From IMG/VR virus record IMGVR_UViG_3300036715_000919: a stretch of 64,000 nt of DNA; one strand, 5' to 3'. The stretch's first letter is position 1. Each line of letters starts with the position of its first letter. Made by a program: the position numbers and the translations under genes. Positions 46,201 through 55,200 of the stretch are shown piece by piece. The notes under the pieces were generated by a model, which saw nothing but the letters and a program-made list of their open reading frames with translations, was not told the origin of the DNA and did not search any database. This DNA comes from an uncultured virus (IMG/VR IMGVR_UViG_3300036715_000919). Lineage: Duplodnaviria; Heunggongvirae; Uroviricota; Caudoviricetes.

Positions 46201-49200
46201 CAACTGAGATAGTTCGGGATCAACACTCGTGGCACTATCACCATACAGCAGCTCAACTATGCCTCTCCACATCTGAGCGATGCGTACAGCATTCATGATC
46301 TCATTTTCATTGGGCTTCTCCTTAGCGTCTATACGGGCAACCCACTGCAGATGTTTCTTTCCAATTTCACTCACCTGCATTAGATCCTGGCTATCCGCCA
46401 GTTTCTTAATATCCTCTTCAATCTCTTTAATCTTATACCGTTTATCTAACCGTGATCTGTTGTCAGTTACTCCGGTGTAGGAGTTAATGAGATCCTGTTT
46501 TTGCTCAGTAAGTTTACCGATCACTTTGTCAATGGCTGAGATTTCTTTAGTATTGATACTTGCATTGCTTAGATCACTGAACAGTTCAGTTGAACTCATT
46601 ACACTGGCAGGAGCTCTCAATACCATATCGTGTGTTAGCAGATCCAAAGTACGCTTAACACTGGTCTCAGCGAGTGTACCATTCTGTACTCCCAGTGCAG
46701 TCTGCAATGCATTCCACACTTTGGCAAACAGGTCCTTGATCTTATTCAGCAGACTGGTTTTGTCCTCAGATTTAATTGAATTGAGGAAAGTAATCGTTCT
46801 GCTGTCAGAAAGAATATGGGAGACAAACTCAGTAGCATTGTTCAATGAATAGTACAGTTTACCATATTCAGTATCATGATCCGTTTTCAGCAGTTCAAAG
46901 TACTCACTGCCAAATTTGGTAACTACTCTTTTCCTCAATTCAGCCATAGCTTCCTTCCTTGCATCTTCTACAGCAGATAATTTCTGTTGCAGTTCAGGAT
47001 GTCCATCAATGAATGCCTTAGCTTCACGTAACTTAGCCAGGGTACGGGAATTGACTCCCCGTGCGGCCCAACTGGCTTCGCCTTCCATAGCCATAGTCAT
47101 CAGAGCTGTGTGGTAGTGAATGTTCTCATGAATGATGTTAGCTGCCAGTAGTTGTTTGTTACCAATTCCTGGAATAGAGAAAGTCATTTTGTTACTACCA
47201 GAGTTAAATGTAGCTGCTGTACCAGATGGAAGAGAACTGAACTCATAGCTGAAAGCCCTATTCATTCCAAACACATTTTCATAGGCAAACGCTTCAGCCG
47301 GGTTACGCTGCATGTTACCCAGTACTTCAGCCATAGCACGGATGTGCGCTGGTTGACCTCCGTCTCGGGCAATGACACTCATAGAGTTGATTATATCTTG
47401 CAGACCCCCAGTCTCTTTAGTGATACCTACTTGACGCATGGCAATAGTATGAGCACCAGCAGTTGTAAGACTATCCATCACACTGTTGCTTAGCTTTCGG
47501 TACTCAGGACTGATGTGTTCAAACCAGGGAGCACGGTTATCGGCCACAACTGAGCGTAAACCTTTCTGATCTACCTGTCCGGCAGACTCTGCATATTCAC
47601 TGAGCTGCAGTTTGCTGTCTCCTAGTGTGTCGATGCGTGCAAACAGTGGCTTAGCCGTTCCAGGTACCATCCCCATATTCTTGTACAGGTACCACTTGTT
47701 CTCTTTTCTGTAAGAGAGGTATGTTGGGTAATCTGTGAATTTCTTTCCATCATCTGTAGTCATGGTTACTGCCAGAGCAGCTGCAAGATTACCTGTATTA
47801 TCATCTGCGTTGTATATAGGCAATGCGAATGTATCCGGAGCTATAGCTGGTTTTCCGATCTCATCCAATTCAGCAGACAACTGCCGGGCGAGATGTGGAT
47901 TGTGCTGAAAGATCTGTTCTACCAGAGCTTCACTATCATTGAACTTACTGATCTCATTGAACTGTTCCCGCAGACCGAAAGCAATCTGACTTCCCTCAAT
48001 GGTTGCCCATGGAATGTACTTGATGAAGTTCCTGGTTCCCTGTAAGCCTCCGATGAGGTAGTTGTATCTCACCATATCAAATCCCAGAGCTTTCTTCACA
48101 GGATCTTCAGAGGTAAGCATAGTTAGCCACGCCTTTGAATTTTCCACATCATCGGCCATACTGGCCTTGGATGCATTGTACTCAATCATATCAGGACGTA
48201 CACCGTTAGGATCAATGTCTGTCTGTAACCTCTGTAACAAATAATCATTTTTTCCCCAGGTACTCTTAGCTGAAAGTAATCTCTGTGCTAAGCTAAGATT
48301 ACTTCCATGAGAGAAAAGTAATCTTACCCGTTCAGTATAGGCATCACTGTAGAGACCAAGTTTCTTGGAATTGAAAGCAAAGGACTTCATAGCATTGAAG
48401 ACAAGTTTCTTCTGCTCATTATTCAATCCATCCTTACCCGCTAATTCCATCACACTGTTGTAAGACTTTTGAAGAGCCTTGTACGGAAGTTCAGGACTAT
48501 AGAGATCCAGTGCTGTATTCACAGTACTGTCATAAGTCACACCCACTTCAGTGAGACCATTCTTCTTGTTACCAAACACCTGCTGTGTATTAGAGAGGAA
48601 CTTCTCACTGGTAGTATTTGGCTTGGCACGTTTCTCAACTGTGTTCAGCACACCCAGCATATCTTTGCCGGCACCACGGGTATCCTGTGCCATAGTAGAC
48701 TGCAAGGTTACCAACTGTGAGCCTATGTCATCAAATTGTTTAAAGAGTTTCAATGCGGCCTGCTGTAAGGTATTGAACTCAGTAGTACCAGGTTTTAGTT
48801 TCAATGCTTCCCGCATCTTCTCTGGATTAAGTAGTACTTCATCTACCTTCTCCCAGTCAACATCAGTTTCATATTTAGTGGTCAGATCAATGAATACCTT
48901 ATCTTTCACCTTGCTTTCAAAATTCACACTCAATGTATCATTAGCAGTACTTAATGCAGCAGAGAATTCCCTCACTATTGGCTGCATCAACAGCAAGGCG
49001 TTGTATTCCAGGTTGATTGATTTACCGGGTACAAAGTCAGCTTCTCCTGGTGTACCCTGATCTGCTGTTTGCAAACGGGACATGGCCAGTGAAGCAGCAG
49101 ACGTATTCGGGTCCAAATTGATCTTATCAATTACACGGTTCTTGGCGTGATCCACAGACTCACTTTGTTGTATCTGTACGTTATCAGACTTTGTCCGACG

Positions 49201-52200
49201 TTCCCCCTTGTAAGTAGTCTCACCGAAGCCAGACAGCTCGCTCAGGTGTAAGGGGTTACCTTCTTCATCAGCTACAGTGATAGCTGTAGACTGTGTATAC
49301 TTACCGGCTTCCTCAACTACCCATTCAGCCAATCCTACTGTACTGGTTTGTAATACAGCGTTACTGGTAAGGGCCAATGAGGTTTGACCTACAAGTACCT
49401 TGGCGCCTTTCATACTCTGGAAGTCACTCAGTTGGTAAGTGGGAGAGAAGTAGTACGGCACTTTTCCTTCAGCGGGTGAAAGTTCATCCGCCATATCTTT
49501 CAGGTCATTCTTATCCAATGGGCTCATGATGGAATCCAGCATTTCCGGATTGGTCAGTGTACTCCAGTGAACATCGAAGTAGTCATTATCCAATCCTTCA
49601 GCAGCTGAGAGTTTTCCTCCGTCTGCTGTATAAGATCTGTGGTAAGTGTAGAGCTTATCCACATCGAAGTCAGCTCCCATTTGCTTGGTAATACCAGCGG
49701 GTACCACAATCATGTCGCCCATGTTTTGAGGAAGGAAGCCAACGATTTCGATTGGAAGCATGGAGCTATGCCCCTGATTAGGAATACGAGCACCTACCAG
49801 TTGAAAGAGTTCCGGTGGCATCTTTTCTGTATCCAGCATCTTCTTATTATCCACTTCTTTGATGAAGTCTTGTATGTTTAATCTGCTGTCAGAAAAATAG
49901 TTAAAGCCTACGAGTACCTGAGCTGGAACTACAGCACCATCCTCCCCAATATGAGCAGTCTTCAGATTACCATCGAACGGCTTGGTCCATACTATCTGGC
50001 TGCGGTCAAGGTTGCTATCTTCCCATGTAGCCAGTGTCCTGAACCCGGCAGGTGAAGCCTGAATAAATGAATGGCCTGGCATCTTGATTTTGACGATCTT
50101 TTTTACCATAGACATCATCATTCCTTCGAATTTACTGAATGAAGGGGTGAATGCCAGTGGCACCACAAGTTCATCTTGTCCTTCCATGTAACTGGTAAGT
50201 GCCAGCAGATCATTGACAGTGTAACCATCACGATCTTTGGCTTCCTTAGCCAGCAGGTTGTAGAATTTCTTCTTATCCTTGAAGCGTATAACATCCTTGT
50301 CAACATCATAGATAGCTCCAACCTTATCCAGGAACTTAGCGTGAGACTGTGTAATGAGTTGCTTGCGTATGTCTTCTTTGATTTGTCTTAATTCAGCACC
50401 GCTTTTCTCCTTACCACGGTATATGAACTTCTTCTGTATTGTAGGTATTTTTTCAGTGATGTTCTTGTTCATCTGGCTCACAGTCAGGATAGCATCCTTA
50501 TCTTCATCGTAAGGATTGTCCTGCTGACGACCATTGAATTCTCTGGGTATGTACTGCCTGGAATCAGCGATCCAATCAGTTGTAGTGAAAGTATCATCTC
50601 TCACCTTACCATTATCGTCAAATAGTTTGAGAATTTTAACCGGTCCTCCCATTTTCTTAGCAGAAATGAAATTCAATCTGTCAATACCAGTTTCAGGATG
50701 CTCCATTGCAATTCTCAATTTGTCCAGTTCCAATCCTTCAATGAATGGTGGATAAAGTGGAAATGCCGATGCTTTAGTATAAGTATAGGGCATCATTCCT
50801 TCCATTGGTGGCATTAATCCAGCCTCAACATTCTTTCTTGGTTGTAGAATGATAGATTCAAGATCAGGTCCAAAGTTGTAGAACTTGCCATTAGCTTTTG
50901 TAATAATTCCAATAGCCTTATTGTACTGCTCCTGTGTAACATCCCCATAGGTACGGGCATCATTTAAGTACTCACGCATTGTCCAAATTTCCTGTGCATC
51001 TGTAGCATTAGCTGGTTTTTTGTAAGAAGGTATCTGACTTAATTCGTGTATCACTGGTTCCCAGTCTTCTGCTGTAACAGATGTATATCCAGGACTATGG
51101 CTTGTATCTCCATCCTTACGTGGAGCAATATCTTTAGCTAAACGTTTACCATATTCAATCAGCGTCGCATTAAGAACCTCGTCATGTTTACCTGTAAGTA
51201 CATTTTCTTCTCTATCTGTAGTTCCTTTTGGAGCTTTAAATGCATTGGCAGGGTCACCATAGAATAACTGGCTTAATCCGGTATTGAACAGGAATGAGTT
51301 CAGTGTGTAGTCTGCGGCGGCCAGATCAATATGTAATTTCTGAACCAATTCATCAGGTACTCTTTCTTCACCATCCATCCACACGAACTTGTTACCTTCT
51401 TTAGCCTGGCTCAATCCTATTCCTTTTAGCAGACCATTGTAGTACCATTTACTTCCTGGCAGTCCGGCTTTAATCAATTTACTATCAGTCCAGCTCTGTT
51501 TGGTAGCCTCAATCATTTCATTCAGCTGACGGGCGATGAGCTTCTTAGCTGTAGCCTCAAAAAGTACATTGTCCTGATTATTCAATACCCATTGTCCATC
51601 TTTGCCCTGATTCCAGATAGCTTTCATCTCACCCTCAGTAAGCTTTCTTTCTTTAACAGCAGACGACATCTGCTGGTGATTGAAAGCGGGGAATAGATAG
51701 AAGTACTTCTTGCCATTAGCATAGTTACGGATGTTCTCACCTCCAGGTTGAATGGCACGCTGATGTTCACTCAGGAATACACTTCTGTACATCGTGTCCA
51801 ATACTGTATCTGAGATATAGAGTTTACCATTCTTGCGTACTCTGGTGTCAGCGAGACGGGGGGCATTCATGAACACAGGTGTCTTGGTTTTATCTGAATG
51901 TGTCAATGAAACCATGTGCCCTGTCTCACGACCACTGTTCTGAAATAGTCCCAGTAGTGTCAGCCATTGTTCGCGATCGCTCATGTCAGGCCGGGTAACA
52001 CCATCGCGTGAACCATAGCGGTTCTTTAGTCCATCCAGATACACCAATTCGAATTTACTCAGTACACTGGGATTCAGTGCAGAGAGTAACCAACTGTTTT
52101 TGGCAAAGTAACTATTCTGAAATGACTGTCTGTAAGCTTCATCTTCTTTAAACTTCCTCACTGCATGGGATACAGCAGAATTTAATCCGAAGCTGTAGAT

Positions 52201-55200
52201 CGTCTTGCCCTCAGCAGACTTATGTGTCTGGCTATAGACTTGAGTAGTATATTTTAGTTGTGCCTTGGCCAGTATCTTGATAGCAGTGTTCTCCACATAC
52301 AATGGATTGTTCGCCTTGTATGCTTCATAGTCTTCACCATTCTCCAGTTCCTCTGGTCGGGCAGCTTGAGTCAATCTCCAGGCAAGTACATCAACAAGTC
52401 CTATCGGTTTACCCTCCTCACTTATACCAGCGTACATATTATTTAAAGATAATCCCTTTGACAATTGATTAAATAGTAATGAAGTATCTCTATCAGGAAT
52501 CAATTCTGCTATTGCCTTATCGTCCATAGTAATTCCTATAGCAGTAGACAGTCTTTTAAAGTAATCACGTTTTTCTACTACCCAATCTTTCTTCTGTTGT
52601 GCCAATTCTAAATCCTTCTTATTACGCTTCTTAGAGTATTCTTTAGGGTGCAGCTTATCATCCTCTTTAGTCATTTGATAGGCACGGGGCTGTCTGCTGT
52701 AGAGTAAAGTCAATTCTTTTTGAAACTCTTTAGCCTGATCTTCATCAATAATAGTCTGACCAGCAGCATTCTTTGTCAGTAGACCAGCAGTCTTTTGTGC
52801 TTCTTGCCAGTACCGCTGCAATGTCTGCACTTCACTTCCCCGGTTAGAGTCAATGACGCTGGGTTCCAGATAGCCATCTTTACTCCGCGTCATGAGTACC
52901 ATCAGCATACGCTGGTACTGAGAAGACATCACGGCAACGAACTGTTTTACAATATGATCTTTTTTATCTTCAATTGCTTTCTCCAATCTTTCAGCTATCC
53001 GTTGCATATTAGCGTTGCCTGTAGCTTTTAATGCAGCGAGGTACCCTTCAACCGACGGTTCTCTTCCAGCCAATAGTGCAGAAGCATCTTGAAATGTCTG
53101 TTCGAAGTTGGCCAATTTGTTAGCTCCAAGGAAGTTTACTTCAGGAGCAAGTACATGTGTCCTCTGAACGTATGGAGTAACATGGAGCACTACATCTCCT
53201 TCAGCAGGTGTATGGCCTTCCTGTTCCTGTATGCGTTTCACAGTAATTGCATCTGCAGAGTCGGCTGTTGTCCATGTACGGATGGCAGATAGTCGTAAAG
53301 GTTTACCATCAATAATGATTGTCTTTTGAGACCTTGAATCTCTTTCAGTAGAAATTAATTTGGGAGATAGATTTGATAAAGCAGTAATGCCTAAGTCCTT
53401 TGCATTTTTAGCAGTCATAATTAAATCAGACTTTAATCCCCTCTGTAGTAAACTTCTGGTTTCAGGGTTTCTAATGTAGGAATCAAAGTCTGCAGTCACA
53501 TCCTCAGGTTTAGGCTCGTTCATGAACTTACTCTCAGGAGTGCTCATGAACCATAACTTCAAATCAGTACTCATGGTATCTTTCATATCCATCTCAAAAC
53601 TGCTGTCACCTCTGTCCTTAGTAATAGCACCTTCTTCAATTTGCAACTCACCATTTTCATCTTCAATATAGGCGTTGCCATCTGCCCCAGTTTCTATAAT
53701 TTCACCTTCTTTCATTTTGATCTTCATACTACGTAACCGTTCTATAGCGAAGTTCCAAAGATGATTTTGCTCCTTGGCTATATAGAAAGAATTGATAATA
53801 TTGGTATAAGTATCCACCATAGACCTGGAATTTTCTGAAGCAGCAATCTTCTTACTCTTACCATCATTGATAATTCCCCACAGCTGACGTGATCTTTCTA
53901 ATTTACCGTGTACTTCATCTCTCATGTACTTCATGGTGGACTTACCGGCAAGCTTACCTTTCTGGTCAGTACTGTCCTGCAGATCAGAATAGATGTTATA
54001 GAACTGGAACAAGATCGTGTTTAGTACTTCATGCTGCACTTCCAGATCAAAGTACTTGCCCGTAGGTTGACCATCTATATCACGAATCTGGGCCACGATG
54101 AGCTTCATCTGCTTCTCTATAACAGTAGGATCAAGGTTGAGTGGATTGCCATCTTCCATTATCAGGCCTTTGGCGAAATTCTTAGGGATGTTCTGTATAG
54201 AAGCAAACATAGAGTTCTCAAACCGCACGTTAGGTGGTACGTTGTCCTTATCCAGTAGGTTTGCCAGTTGAGCACCAGTGACTCTTTCTTTGTTGTCAAG
54301 CCAGATTATATCTGTGGGAACCAGTGGTATAGTGAACTGCTTGGAAGGATTACTCCCTGCCTCAGTGTAGATGGATTCAATTGTTTTGTTCAGTTCAGGT
54401 AAAGTCTTTGCATTGAATCTATCTCGGGGAATAGAAGTCTCAGGTGCAGTTGATTTGCTGTAGTTGATCAGATTGTATCCATGTTGAGTACTCACCTTGA
54501 ACCAGTCATTCCCATGCTCATCGGTGATACGCTCTACATTCTGCTTACCGTACTGCTTGTTGAGTACATTCTGTACACGGGTTTCATAGAAGCTTTCGAT
54601 GGGTTTGAGCTTCTCAATACCTTGAGATTTGAGATCAGCTTTCTTCTGTTCAAGACTTTTAATCTCCTCTTCTATATTACTTTCATTCACATACAAATTC
54701 TTATCTACATACAACTGTCCATCATACTGAGGATTATTTTCTGTAGCAAATTTATCTGCCTCTTCAACAGTATTAAATGAGGCTCTTGCATCTCCAAATA
54801 AATATACGACATGCTGTTGAATATTCTTTTCCTTTAAAGCTTTTATTGAGGTATCTATTCGAGTAAGTTCATTAGCTAATGTCTCATGCCCCTCAATCTT
54901 AGCAGCAGTCTCACCAGCAGGAAACAGTACACTTTCATATCCTTTTTTGGCTGAGTCTTGTACGATGGACTTGACGAAGAAGGTTACCCAGTTGTTGTCT
55001 TTGTTGAGGAGTTGTAGGAACTGATTCTGTTTTACAGTTTCTTGGTCTAAAGTAGGTTGAGCTTTATCTATTAGGTCAAGCATTTCCGCATAAGAAATCT
55101 TCCCTTCGTCATGTTGTTCTTTGTACTTCATCCTAATATTATGCAATTCTTCACCTCTTTCAAAATCTTCATCAGGAGTACCATCAATTAACTCAGCGGC

